A stretch of DNA of 64,000 nt, taken from NCBI GenBank assembly GCA_964016885.1, contig OZ024753.1, positions 33,728,001-33,792,000 on the forward strand, written 5' to 3'. The notes under the pieces were generated by a model. That model was not told the origin of the DNA and searched no databases. It was given only the letters and a program-made list of their open reading frames with translations. Position numbers and translations under genes: made by a program. The stretch's first letter is position 1. Every line of letters starts with the position of its first letter. Shown one piece after another: positions 12,851-26,185 of this stretch. This DNA comes from Eledone cirrhosa. Its lineage: Eukaryota.

Positions 12851-14190
12851 TTAGGGCGGTGGATTGACAGAATTGTTAGTGAGTCAGATGAAAGTTTTAC
12901 CAAAGTTTGTTTTGGTTCAAACTCCGCCAACGATCGATAAAATACTATTCAAGAACTGAAATCGATCTAATCGACTTACACCTCTCACAAATTGCTGGCC
13001 TTCTGTCCAAACTAGAAATCGTGTGTATGTACCTATATATATACATGTATATACGCATATATACATATATAAATATGCATGTATGTATATATGAGTATGC
13101 ATGTATATATAAATATGCATGTATATATGCATATATATATATGTTACATATACACACATGAATATTTATCTCGAATATACACACATATATATATATACAT
13201 ATATATACATATATATATTATATATACATATTCATATATATGCACATGTTATACAAACAAATTTACACATTTTATACATACGTACATATATATACACACA
13301 TTTACACACGTATACATGTATTATGTAACCCACATACGCACCCATTGACATATACATTCATATATATATATATATATATATATATACATTCATATATATA
13401 TATATATTGGTGGTGAGTTTATTGGATGCCAGTACGATTGATGTGTGTATAGAACTGGCCATTACATACCATTAAACTAAGATAGAAGAATGAGATATAG
13501 CTTAAAGGTGTGTATATTCCTATAGAAAACACCTCAATAAATATCGTATTTGCTGTATATCTTTTAATCTCTCTCTTAGATATGGACATCAATCAAATAC
13601 TGTGAATGATTATCCAGTCGATAACTAGTGCGATTTCATGACACCTTAGTTCGACGTCGTACAAGGAAGTACAATAGAGATAAGAATACAATTAGAATAT
13701 ACAAGTCTTGTCTTTGCTCTGATTTTCAATTCGATTATCTTTGAAGACAGTCACCGCAAATTATTCTATATTTCCCTCATGTTACACAAATACTTGATAA
13801 AGCATAACACACGCACGCACGCACAAATATGTCTACTTCTCCCACGTACAAGTAATTATACATATAGTTATAGAAAAAGATTATATACTTATATCCCACC
13901 GTATGCGTGTGTGTGTGTGTGTAGAGAGAGAGAGATCAGGATTTATCAGCAGAGTGTTCGATACTTCGATATTTGGGAAAATAGAGTTTAACTATATAGA
14001 GAGATTCGGGGACAGACTCCCTCTAAGAGACAGACAGAAGCACACCAACAAACAAACAGTAATATATATATATATATATAGAAGGATTTGAATGGATACA
14101 GTTTAGTTGAAAGGAATTTATTGACACGTGTTTCTATAACAGTTACATAACCTGAAAACAGCTGCTATCTACAAAGTAATTAGTTATGCA

Positions 14191-14245
<55 letters not shown>

Positions 14246-14265
14246 AACGGATAATACAACGATTG

Positions 14266-14430
14266 AAAGGAAGGTGGTCAATTTGTGAAGTAGAGTGGTC
14301 ATATTTTCATTTATTAAAGTAATGAACTCTTACAGGACTAATACTTTTAAATCATGAAAAAAACTAGTCTTGTAAGAAACCGGTAATTTGATAAATACAT
14401 GACCTCTTCACGTATTGAGTACTTTCCTTT
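14266..14430 (+). ncRNA. Decayed type I hammerhead ribozyme with extended helix I
   Basis: tttattaaa-gTAATGA(mutated core)..ttacaggacta/tagtcttgtaa-GAAA-ccgg-TA-atttgataaa. Outer pairings ggtcat/atgacc, gtgaag/cttcac and aaaggaaggt/actttccttt. Confidence 0.55.
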
Positions 14431-14472
14431 AAATCACAGCTCTATAAGTTTCAAGCTGAAACACTATCAGTA

Positions 14473-14671
14473 TACGAAGGTAGACTGAACAGTTCATAGG
14501 CTGACCAAGATACTCTCATGGAATGACCAAATGAGGTTTATTTTTCAACATAGTCCATGGAAAGAAACAATGCAGTTATTAATAAGAAGAGTTGAAATTG
14601 ATGCATGTAAGATTTTACAGCTCTAGCATCACTCCATATTCAACGTATGACATTTTCAGCCGACCATCGCA
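14473..14671. mobile_element. Old mariner/Tc1-like MITE (~200 bp)
   Basis: Diverged ~26-bp TIRs (tacgaaggtagactgaacagttcata vs rc tgcgatggtcggctgaaaatgtcata) flanked by TA. Confidence 0.65.
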
Positions 14672-14894
14672 TATAAAAATACACGTGTATACCTACATAT
14701 GTATATATACACACACACACACGTATATGCACATACATACATGTGTGTGTGTATACATATTTGATATGTAATGTGTGTGATGTGCTGTGATATGTCTACG
14801 AGCACACATGTGTCTTTATTAAAGTAATGCTAATACAAGAAATCAAAATGTCAAACCTGCATGATAATATCATTACGTATCATTTGATATCTAT

Positions 14895-15362
14895 GAGAGA
14901 GAGAGAGAGAGAGAGGGAGAGGAAGAGAGGGAGAAAGAGAAAGAAAGAGAGAGATAAAGAGAGAGAGAAAGAAAGAGAGAGAAATAAAGAAAGAGAAAGA
15001 AAGAGAAACAAAGAGAAAGAAAGAGAGAGAAAGAGAGAGAAAGAAAGAAAGAGAGGAAGAGAGAGGAGAGAGGAAGATAGATAGAAAGATATAGAGAAAG
15101 AAAGAGATATAGATAGAGAAAGAAAGAGAAAGAGATAGAGAAAGAAAGAGATATATAGAGAAAGATAGAGAGATAGATAGAGAAAGAAAGAGAGATAGAT
15201 AGAGAAAGAAAGAAAGATAGATAGAGAAAGAAAGAGAGAAAAAGAAAGAGATATATAGAGAAAGAAAGAGAAAGATAGAGAAAGAGAGATAGAGAAAGAA
15301 AGAGAGATAGGTAGATAGGTAGAGAGGTAGATAGGTAGAGAGGTAGAGAGAGAGAGAGAGAG
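14895..15362. repeat. (GA)n/(GAAA)n/(GATA)n purine microsatellite
   Basis: Direct reading. Confidence 0.95.
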
Positions 15363-15635
15363 AATAGGTAAGAAAAACGGTGAAGCGAGAGGGAAGAGGG
15401 AAGAAAAGCTGATAAGAAATATATCTTCAAGTAAAACAAAAAAAGACAATCCAAAAACATTAACAAAGGTGAAACATCTTGCTGAATTAGAAAAATGATT
15501 TTTGACGGCTCTTCACAAAAAACAAATATGAAAAATATTAATAATGAATCTCTCTGAAAAAATGTCGATTGGTGCTTAAACTTACTTGACAAATGATATT
15601 TCAATGTGTTATTATTATTACTATTATTATTACTT

Positions 15636-16780
15636 GACGGTGAACAGGTGTGCTCGCCGTTCGCCAGGCACGTTTTCCCACAGCTCGTCTCCTTGACGGA
15701 GCTGCAGTCCTGGGTCAGGAAAAGACCGAGGAATAGCGCTTGAAAACTGGAATGTCTCCAGGCGCTCACTGCCCTCTGCCAGCTGCGCACCAGTATCGGT
15801 GGAACATCCACCTCGGCGTTCTATAGAGGAGGGGAAGAGCGACGGCGTTCTCCGAGAGATCCTGGGCGTCGAAGAAGATCAGCCGTTTGCTCTCTCCCGG
15901 AGAACTTTCAGCCCAGGGCCTATGGATAACTTCCAAAAATCCCTGGCCTGGCAGTGCTACCGGGGAGCGTTGCCGGTTCGAGATAAGCTCTACAGGCACG
16001 GAAGTGCCGTCAGCCGAGCCTGTCCGAGATGCGCGCAGAGCGACGAAACCCTCATGCACGCACTCGTTCAGTGCCCGAGCATTGCTGACTTGCGGAGCTA
16101 TGTCGAACATTGCTGTCGCGTGTAGGACTGATCCGGTTATCGACTGAGTCCATTGTGCAGATGGTCTCGCTGTCTTCCTTCGAGGAGGAAGGGCAGGCGG
16201 TTTTCATCTGCCTGGTGGCCATGGCGAAAGAGATTGTGTGGTGGACAAGGTTGAAAGGGTTAAAATCAGACACCTCCCTCTTCGGCGAATCCCTAATTAA
16301 CTTTTTCAAGTTTCACTTGAAGAGGAAAATCAGGGTGGAGAGGCAAGTGCTGCCTTCTAGCAAGTTTGTTGAAAGGTGGGTGAATGTAGCGAGAATGGTC
16401 CGAGTGAACGGAACAGCTCTGAATATACGCCTGTAGTTTGAGAAATGGAAAAATCGAGAGAGGGCGCTTGCCCTGGTGGTCAGGGTGGCCGTGGTCTTTT
16501 GTGTGGTTTTCGCCACGTGTAACCCTCGGAGGTTTCCCCCCTACTGGGGAATTTTTTCATTGTTTTCATTCTTATTGCTTGTATATATATATATGTTTCT
16601 ATGTCTTTTTTTCTTCTTTTATTATATAAATAATAAAAATCTTTACACGCACAAAACCCACATCGTACCGTCCTGTACCGTCCTGTACTGTCCTGTGTCG
16701 TCTGTAATGTTTTTTCTTGATGTCAGCCCATGTGGCCAATAAAGAAATCATAATTATTATTATTATTATTATTATTATTG
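15636..16780 (+). mobile_element. 5'-truncated L1/Tx1-type LINE: ORF2 C-terminus with zinc-knuckle (zf-RVT-like), frameshifted, 3' UTR, AATAAA and (ATT)n tail
   Basis: KSLAWQCYRGALPVRDKL..CPRC..ETLMHALVQC in ORF 15799-16125, continued in a shifted frame 16110-16436. aataaa at ~16738. Confidence 0.85.
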
Positions 16781-17090
16781 TTCTTTGAGTCTCAGTTATT
16801 GATGTTAGTTAACTGGAAAGTTTGTTGAAATGAATATCAAGCCACTACCTGTAGCCTCAGATATTCAGGACGTATCGGAGGGTTCTTGCTGTTCCCAGCA
16901 AGCATGCCTTTTGAAGCGTTCCAAAAAGCGTGAAGGGGCCAATTTTCTTTAACCATCCCTGGAAACTTTTTGAGATAGTACCGAGTGCGCCGATGACAAT
17001 CGGGACCACTTTGACTTCATGGCAGTTCCAAATCCTTTTTACCTCCCACTTTAAGTCCTGGTATCGGTTAATTTTCTCCCTCTCCTTCTC
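16781..17090 (-). mobile_element. 3' fragment of a Dong/R4-type non-LTR retrotransposon (restriction-like endonuclease C-terminus) within (TAA)n
   Basis: 17090->16857 translates without stops as EKEREKINRYQDLKWEVKRIWNCHEVKVVPIVIGALGTISKSFQGWLKKIGPFTLFGTLQKACLLGTARTLRYVLNI*. (TTA)n on both flanks. Confidence 0.85.
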
Positions 17091-17519
17091 TTATTATTAT
17101 TACTATTTTTATTATTACTATTATTAGTATTCATGGATAACTTCCAAAAATCAGTTCCATGAGAGTTTTTTTTACATCACCTGGTACAATTCCATGTTCC
17201 AGAAGTGTATGGCGGCAACTTTGAAGTTTTGCTCATTTAGAGATTTTCTGTTGTAGTTTTAGTGTTTCGTATGATTGTTCTCTAAAATATAGGCAGGTTT
17301 AGTTGTGTTATTTTATTGGTTGGTGTGCGTTGTTTGGGGTATGTTATGTATTTTGATGTCTAGCGGTGAATGTGTAAACTATGTTGCTGTGTGTCTTTCA
17401 ATAATGCTCGTGTAGAATTTGTTTATAGTCAGCGAGGTCTGAGCAGTCAGAATTCTAGTCTAACAGATTGAACCCATAACTACCGAGATAAACATACCAC
17501 GTTCTATGTAGATAGATAT

Positions 17520-19910
17520 CTATGTAGACAGACAGATGTACGTGTAGAGAGGGTTGTGTGTGTAGGCAGAGACGTGTGTGTGTGTAGGCAGATGTGTGTG
17601 TGTGTAGGCAGATGTGTGTGTGTGTAGGCAGATGTGTGTGTGTGTAGGCAGATGTGTGTGTGTGTAGGCAGAGATGTGTGTGTGTAGGCAGAGATGTGTG
17701 TGTGTATAGGCAGAGATGTGTGTGTGTATAGGCAGAGATGTGTGTGTGTATAGGCAGAGATGTGTGTGTGTATAGGCAGAGACGCGTGTGTGTATAGGCA
17801 GATGTGTGTATAGACAGATGTGTGTGTAGACAGATGTTTGTGTAGACAAATGTTTGTGTAGACAAATGTGTGTGTAGACAAATGTGTGTGTAGACAAATG
17901 TGTGTGTAGACAAATGTGTGTGTAGACAAATGTGTGTGTAGACAAATGTGTGTGTAGACAAATGTGTGTGTAGACAGATGTGTGTGTAGACAGATGTGTG
18001 TGTAGACAGACGTGTGTGTAGACAGACGTGTGTGTAGACAGACGTGTGTGTAGACAGACGTGTCTGTAGACAGACGTGAGTGTAGACAGACGTGAGTGTA
18101 GACATATGTGAGTGTAGACATATGTGAGTGTAGACATATGTGAGTGTAGACATATGTGAGTGTAGACATATGTGAGTGTAGACATATGTGAGTGTAGACA
18201 TATGTGAGTGTAGACATATGTGAGTGTAGACATATGTGAGTGTAGACATATGTGAGTGTAGACATATGTGAGTGTAGACATATGTGAGTGTAGACATATG
18301 TGAGTGTAGACATATGTGAGTGTAGACATATGTGAGTGTAGGCATATGTGAGTGTAGGCATATGTGAGTGTAGACATATGTGAGTGTAGACATATGTGAG
18401 TGTAGACATATGTGAGTGTAGACATATGTGAGTGTAGACATATGTGAGTGTAGACATATGTGAGTGTAGACATATGTGAGTGTAGACATATGTGAGTGTA
18501 GACATATGTGAGTGTAGACATATGTGAGTGTAGACATATGTGAGTGTAGACATATGTGAGTGTAGACATATGTGAGTGTAGACATATGTGAGTGTAGACA
18601 TATGTGAGTGTAGACATATGTGAGTGTAGACATATGTGAGTGTAGACATATGTGAATGTAGACATATGTGAGTGTAGACATATGTGAGTGTAGACATATG
18701 TGACTGTAGACATATATGAGTGTAGACATATGTGAGTGTAGACATATGTGAGTGTAGACATATGTGAGTGTAGACATGTGAATGTAGACATATGTGAGTG
18801 TAGACATATGTGAATGTAGACATATGTGAGTGTAGACATATGTGAATGTAGACATATATGAGTGTAGACATATGTGAGTGTAGACATATGTGAGTGTAGA
18901 CAGATGCGTGTGTAGGCAGATGTGTGTAGGCAGATGTGTGTAGGCAGATGTGTGTAGGCAGATGTGTGTAGGCAGATGTGTGTAGGCAGATGTGTGTAGG
19001 CAGAGACGCATGTGTAGGCAGAGACGCATGTGTAGGCAGAGACGCGTGTGTAGGCAGAGACGCGTGTGTAGCCAGATGTGTGTAGGCAGATGTGTGTAGG
19101 CAGATGTGTGTAGGCAGAGACGCGTGTGTAGGCAGATGTGTGTAGGCAGATGTGTGTAGGCAGATGTGTGTAGGCAGATGTGTGTAGGCAGAGACGCGTG
19201 TGTAGGCAGAGACGCGTGTGTAGGCAGATGTGTGTAGCCAGATGTGTGTAGGCAGATGTGTGTAGGCAGATGTGTGTAGGCAGAGACGCGTGTGTAGGCA
19301 GATGTGTGTAGGCAGATGTGTGTAGGCAGACAGATGTGTGTAGGCAGTCGTGTGTAGGCAGACAGATGTGTGTAGGCAGTCGTGTGTAGGCAGACAGATG
19401 TGTGTAGGCAGTCGTGTGTAGGCAGACAGATGTGTGTAGGCAGTCGTGTGTAGGCAGACAGATGTGTGTAGGCAGTCGTGTGTCTGTAGGCAGATGTGTG
19501 TAGGCAGATGTGTGTAGACAGAGATGCGTGTGTAGGCAGATGTGTGTAGGCAGAGACGCGTGTGTAGGCAGAGACGCGTGTGTAGGCAGAGACGCGTGTG
19601 TAGGCAGATGTGTGTAGGCAGATGTGTGTAGGCAGAGACGCGTGTGTAGGCAGAGACGCGTGTGTAGGCAGAGACGCGTGTGTAGGCAGATGTGTGTAGG
19701 CAGATGTGTGTAGGCAGATGTGTGTAGGCAGATGTGTGTAGGCAGTCGTGTGTAGGCAGTCGTGTGTAGGCAGTCGTGTGTAGGCAGTCGTGTGTAGGCA
19801 GTCGTGTGTAGGCAGTCGTGTGTAGGCAGTCGTGTGTAGGCAGAGACGTGTATGTAGGCAGATGTGTGTATAGGCAGATAAATGTGTGTATAGGCAGAGA
19901 CGTGTAGATA
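17520..19910. repeat. Compound minisatellite: 16-bp gtagacatatgtgagt core block flanked by 14-20-bp gtaggcagatgtgt variants
   Basis: Direct reading. Accounts for the 852-aa and 455-aa ORFs. Confidence 0.95.
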
Positions 19911-20387
19911 TATAGGAAAAACGAAAGAAAACTATCGGTGGAATGAGAGTCACGCCAGTTTTCGAAATATACACAAACATAAACGTATATTTAGCTTCGT
20001 AAAGTGACATCATGACGTCTTGTGATTACAGAGAATCAACATCGTAATGCTTGGTTAAGCTTATGTTTCAAGCGGGAACAATTCTTTTCCCCCCGTTTTC
20101 TTCCCAAGTTTACCAGCATGAAATGCTCTTCCATACACATGACATATAAATCAGATTCTATTCACGCTCTAAGTAATCTTCTCTCCAGTCTTTATATATT
20201 CTACGGATTCCCTCTAACATTCACTCCCACCACCACTCGCATCTCTTATGATCGTCTGTTTCTATCCAAATATGTTCATCGTTATTATATATATCATTTC
20301 GAAATGTATTTCGCTCTCACAAACGTCTAGAGAAAACGTTATGCACACACACACATATATATATATACATACATATATATATATATA

Positions 20388-20441
20388 GAAATGGCTTCTA
20401 CAGGACTAGAACTGTTTCATTCGATTGAACCCGGGATAAAC
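20388..20441 (-). ncRNA. 3' half of a hammerhead of the 51974 family (CUGAUGA missing), in (TA)n
   Basis: rc reads ttc-aatc-gaa-t-GAAA-cagttctagtcctg-TA-gaagcc, with helix III identical to 51974-52024. Confidence 0.65.
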
Positions 20442-20462
20442 ATATATATATATATATATATA

Positions 20463-20791
20463 CGATATTAACAAAAGGAAACCATATTTATTTCATTATA
20501 CATATTTCAAGGACACCAAGTTAAATTATGGTGTGCTTTCATCAGACAAAATATATTATAGATCAGTTTTATAAATAAATATTGACATACCCTTAAAAAA
20601 TGCAACCATTACTGTTGGAAGCTCCCGGATAACTTGGTGTCCTTGAAATATGTATAATGAAATAAATATGGTTTTATAAATATAGTTTCCATTTGTTAAT
20701 ATCGTATTTTTACTCCAAATATTTGTTGAGTGCTTTATATCAGTTATAAACATATTTGCTTGTTGTATCCCAACAATTTAAATAGAACTTT

Positions 20792-20793
<2 letters not shown>
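20463..20793. mobile_element. Head-to-head inverted HHR element in (TA)n
   Basis: 20463-20523 is largely the reverse complement of 20630-20705. The left arm carries a complete HHR; the right arm starts in loop II. Confidence 0.8.
20489..20553 (-). ncRNA. Type I hammerhead ribozyme, minimal helix III
   Basis: rc: tattttgt-CTGATGA-aagcacacca(taatttaact)tggtgtcctt-GAAA-tatgta-TA-atgaaata. 8-bp helix I (two G-U), 9 of 10 bp helix II. Confidence 0.8.
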
Positions 20794-20834
<41 letters not shown>

Positions 20835-20929
20835 TATATTCATGTAAACAAATGTGTATATGTGTGTGCGTGCGCGTTCTGTGTAAGATAGTCACACGTT
20901 CGATAATATAGTTTTATATATAAACCTAA

Positions 20930-21165
20930 AAACGATTGCAGAATGAACTTGGACATAGGTCTCCATATAATACATACTTGGATGGCCTTTGACCTATTGA
21001 ACCCCTCGGGCCTTTGGGGAGTTTCGTCTTTCATCACACAGGTTACCCCAAAATGCTGCTCCTCACCAATCAAGTTTGGTAGGATTGCCGGGTTAGTCAC
21101 CGACGACAGGACTAATCTGACAGGTTGTACTGGACTACGTTACCATTAGGGCTCAAGAGCGACCT
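20930..21165 (-). mobile_element. Diverged relative of the 5' leader of the RTE-derived elements at 48158 and 52572
   Basis: Shares ctcctcaccaa, ttgcc..ttagtc(a/g)cc(g/a)acgac and gacaggttgtactgg..gttacca with 53060-53160. Confidence 0.6.
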
Positions 21166-21191
21166 GAACATACATTCATACAATCATATAT

Positions 21192-21327
<136 letters not shown>

Positions 21328-21340
21328 TGTGTGCGTGTGC

Positions 21341-21536
21341 AACAAAAAAAGTGTGGTAAGAACCAGGTGGACCATAACGCGCCAAAGTACTCGATACTTA
21401 GGGTAGTAGAGTGGGTAATAGGAAAAGAGTCAGGACCCCGAAGGCTGAGCTCCGACCGTTTCGACAGCTAGATCCGAACGTTTGGATCTAGCTGTCGAAA
21501 CGGCCGGAGCTCAGCCGTCGGGGTCCTGATTTTTTT

Positions 21537-21540
<4 letters not shown>
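21341..21540. mobile_element. ~200-bp palindromic half-hammerhead element, followed by (TA)n
   Basis: Arms ~21419-21475 and ~21484-21540. Centre gacagctagatcc-gaacgttt-ggatctagctgtc-GAAA-cggc..gccg-TC-ggggtcctga. Confidence 0.85.
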
Positions 21541-21586
<46 letters not shown>

Positions 21587-21660
21587 ACGTACATTTCCAT
21601 ATTTATAAATATGCAGACAAACAAACACACGAGAGTGCGCGCGCATATATATATATATAT

Positions 21661-21920
21661 AATTGTTTCTACTTTAGGAACAAGGCCAGCAATTACCCAG
21701 TACATTACTGGTACTTTATTTTATCGACCCCGTAAGGATGAAAGGCAAAGTTAACCTCGGCGGGATTTGAACTCAGACCGTAAAGGGATGTAACTATGCT
21801 GGAAAGAATGGCGTTCGACTCTCTACCGATACTGCCAATCCACCACGGGGGTCGATAAAATAAAGTACCAGTAATACACTGGGTTATTGCTGGCCTTGTG
21901 CCTAACGTAGAAACAATTAT
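21661..21920. mobile_element. Full main-family SINE (-) fused head-to-head to a 3' half copy (+)
   Basis: 21661-21846 on minus; 21847-21920 on plus, starting at ggggtcgataaa. Confidence 0.85.
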
Positions 21921-21950
21921 ATAATGTATGATAGGTAGAGAGAGTTAATT

Positions 21951-22001
21951 GTTTCTACTTTAGGAACAAGGCCAGCAAATAACCAGTGCATTACTGGTAC
22001 T
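21951..22001 (-). mobile_element. 5'-truncated SINE tail with 17-bp TSD
   Basis: ggtagagagagttaatt at 21934-21950 and 22002-22018. Confidence 0.85.
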
Positions 22002-23621
22002 GGTAGAGAGAGTTAATTAATGCTGTGTCGCAATACAAAGCTATAAGCATTAATGGCTTCCCATATCTAATTTTTAATTATTCGAACCATATTGAGAATG
22101 GTTCATACAATATATAGAACAAGTATGACTACATATGTGCCACTTGTGTTATTCGAATGACCACAGACAATATATAAACTGCAACAGAATTGACCCCAAC
22201 CCTTGACCTAACTGTGAACTGTCCAATGCCACTTTGTCTAGCCTGTTGCAATTATTTTTATTGTAATCTACGTAGGTGTTTTTTTTCCTTTGTATGGAAC
22301 AGAAACACACACACATATATACATATATATAAAATGTGTGTGTGTCTACGGTTAGAAACGTATATGTGTAAGTATATACATATGTAATATATAAAGTTGT
22401 AGCACTTTTTACATATTGAGTTGTGTACACCCAATGTTTAAATATCTTAGCTGTTGAATCAAAATTAGTTCTACCTAGGTCCACGTGTATTTGATATGCG
22501 AGCAAGCGCATGGCCGTGAGCATTTGGAAAATCCATTGTGTGTTTCGAAAGTTTTAGACATGAATAATTACATAATATAACATATATACATTTTCCCTCA
22601 CCCTATTCATAACTGGTATCGACAATATGTATAGAGAAAGTTAACTGAAACAGAGGAACACAAAAGGGGCATTTTTTTTGTCAAATTTTAAAAATATTTC
22701 AATACATGTCATACGTTTGCATTTCGTAAATCAAAATCACAAATTAATTTGTTGTGGTATATCGATATTGGGAAAATATTAACTCCAAGTTCTATTGTTT
22801 TCAATAAGATAATACAAACACTTGTGAAATTCTCTCTTGAATAGAATCCTTTTAGCGAGATAACGTAGGAGCGATATACACTAGCGCTGAATTTCCAAGA
22901 ATAATGGAAACTAATTAAGTATATTTGATTGGAATTATGTCAATGTAAGATAATCGATTAAACAATTCTTTAATGAATTCATTGGACAGAAAAACCAGCT
23001 GCAATCGTCTCATGTCACAATTGAAAGACTCGTTGACTGTCATCGAACACAAGACAACGTATTTCCATCTGTCCGTCTGTATGCCTTCTTCGACAAAACA
23101 TTCTCCTGCATGTACATAGTATTATTTAATACGAGGACACTGATGCAGAAAAATGTCATCCTGTGACTGATCGATATTGCAGTTGTCGGCTAACGAACAC
23201 CCAACCCAACACTGGCATTGTTAAGTGAGACCAAATATCTTCCACGGGGGAATTGATACTAGAATGAACTGACGGTCGAATTGAAATGCATCAGCTCTAT
23301 TAAATCTATTAAAATCAATCACGAACTTAATACTTATGATATTGACTGACTACTCTCACTCCTGCCTTCGTCGTATTCTGGCAAATGCAGAATTGATTTT
23401 AAGTTTGTTCAACTAAAGTGAAACATTGGTCACAACTTAATATCAATGTTGAGTTTTTCTCGACAAAAAAGAATGAAAATAAAAAAATGAAAATATATAT
23501 GGGTTTTGTAGCACACAGTAGCAACAACCACAATCATCAAAATCATCATCATCGCCATGGCCATCATAGTTACCACTATCACATTATCAGCATTATCATA
23601 CTATCATTATTAGACCCATAA

Positions 23622-24043
23622 GGGCGGTGGGTTGGCAGTATCGGTAGAGCGTCGGACGCCATGCTTTCTAGCATAGTTATGTCCCTTTACGATCTGAGTT
23701 CAAATCCCGCCGAGGTTGACTTTGCCTTTCATCCTTACGGGGTCGATAAAATAAAGTACCAGTAATGCACTGGGTAATTGCTGGCCTTGTGCCTAAAGTA
23801 GAAACAATTATTAGACCCATAATGGCGGTGCATTGGCAGAATCGGTAGAGCGTCGGACAAAATGCTTTGCAGTATTTAGTTACAGCCCTTTACGTTCAGA
23901 GTTCAAATCCCGCCGAGGTTAACTTTGCCTTTCATTCTTTTGAGATCGATAAAATAAAGTACCAGTAATGCACTGGGATCGATCTAATGACCTTTCCCAT
24001 CCCCTTAAATTGATGGTCTTGTGCCTGAATTAGAAACCTTTAT
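23622..24043 (+). mobile_element. Two tandem main-family SINEs; the first has a 16-bp TSD
   Basis: attattagacccataa at 23606-23621 and 23807-23822. Confidence 0.9.
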
Positions 24044-24609
24044 TAGTCCTATAAACAATTTTAAGTACAGACCATCGACTGGATCTCAGAGTGTTCCCAT
24101 TCTTTGATAAACAATCTCCTGCTGTGTAAGTGGCTGAGCATTCGACAGGTACATGCTCATAATGCAATACTCAGATTCGGCGTGACGGCATTTTACAATA
24201 CAGTTACAGTCCAGACGAGCTTCCATACAGTTTCCACTTGTCCAATTTCACTGAAAGCCATGGTTTTGGCAAAATGTTACTTTCTCATGATCCCTTTCTT
24301 TTCTCGTCGTCACAGTTATGTTCTTACATTTTACACACTCGTTTTAATATATCCTCAGCCTCAGCCACTGTCGCTGTAACAAATGACACTTGCCCAAGAT
24401 GTGCCGCAATAGGATCGATCTCAGAACCTAATGATTGCAAAGTAATCTGCTTAAACGTTCAGAAATATTGGTTTCTGATTTAGGCTCTAGGCCTTCAAAT
24501 TTTTTATTTTTTTACTTTTATTATATATATATTAAATTGATATATATATATATTATTATATATATATATCAGATCTGAGAAAAACCACATACCCTCCATC
24601 TCAACACTA

Positions 24610-24645
24610 CTTTTGAAAAGCAGAAGAACTGCGAAACCGGTAAAG
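24610..24645 (+). ncRNA. Decayed minimal hammerhead
   Basis: ctt-TTGAAAA(mutated core)-gcag(aagaa)ctgc-GAAA-ccgg-TA-aag, in an island between (TA)n tracts. Confidence 0.4.
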
Positions 24646-24787
24646 GAACCAAATAAATATATATATTTTTTTTTTAAATAAGACTCCAATTGCATTTTCA
24701 ATTTCATCTTTTTTTTCTTTATACTTTCACTCGTGTAGGACACCTCGGTTATTTTTCATTTTGTAAAAAAAACCTCACTTTCTAATA

Positions 24788-24847
<60 letters not shown>

Positions 24848-25172
24848 TCTGTTACTACCTCTCCTCCTTCTTCCCGTTTGACCTGTGCGGAATTCCTTCC
24901 TTGCTCACATTTCAACCAGGTTTGAAGGTCTTTATTCTCTCTCGTTCACGATTTCACCGAACTTATATTCATGGAAATTTGGGACTTGACTCGTTCTTCC
25001 TCACTTTTCGTTGCTTCACCATCTTTGTTTGTTTACACTCTCGCTGTTCCCTTTATTTACGTGTCCCAACGACTTTCTTTAGCCGTTGCTCGCACCAACC
25101 GGAGGTATATGGTCTTTAAAGCGATGAAATACCGAGGATGGTTGGAAGATCACTGATGAAGGACAAACTTTA

Positions 25173-25216
<44 letters not shown>

Positions 25217-25967
25217 TGAGGAGTAGTCAATTAATCGACCCAGTGTCTTTATTTTATTAACCTCGTGATGATGAACGACAAAGCTAATCTCAGCGGGATT
25301 TGAACTCAGAACATAAAGAGACGTATCTATATGCCGTAGAGTATGTTGCCCGACGCTCTGACAATACTGTGAATTCCCTGCTCACGTCGATTATTGGCTG
25401 CTGTAATCACTGTATTATTGCGAAGCAAATAACATTCAGCTGATACTATGTATTTGCGGCATGGTAGCAAGATTTTAAGAGCAAACAAATTCAGTCTTTT
25501 TAGAAAAATATTTTTTACCAGCCAACAGTTACTACATATTACGTTTTACAAATATCACACCGAATAAGATCGAATTTTCAGCTACACACATTCAATTTAC
25601 GATTATTTATGAATAAATATAGAATACTATTGAATTTCTGATATGTATTTAAATATCTAATATGTATTTTAAACCAAAAGATTTATGTATGTACTTCCCT
25701 GAAAACACAAAATTAAGTTTATATCTCATGGAAAATACTATTTTGACGAAATGAAACTTATGTATTGGAATTCAATAAACATGTTTCTATATATACAGTG
25801 TTATATAAAATATATATGTGTGTGTGTATATATATATATATATACAGACATATATATGTATGTGCATATATGTATACACACACACACATATATATATATG
25901 TATATATATACACAACATATATATATTTATGTGTATATATATATATACACACATATTTACAAACACA

Positions 25968-26011
<44 letters not shown>

Positions 26012-26080
26012 TATATATATATATAATGTATGTCTGTGTGTGTGTATATATAGTCACACACACTATATATATATATACAT

Positions 26081-26113
<33 letters not shown>

Positions 26114-26129
26114 ATGTGTATATATAGTG

Positions 26130-26185
<56 letters not shown>

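Noticed and set aside
17455-20013. 852-aa His/Thr/Cys-rich ORF
   Set aside because: Coincides with a 14-20-bp minisatellite open in several frames.
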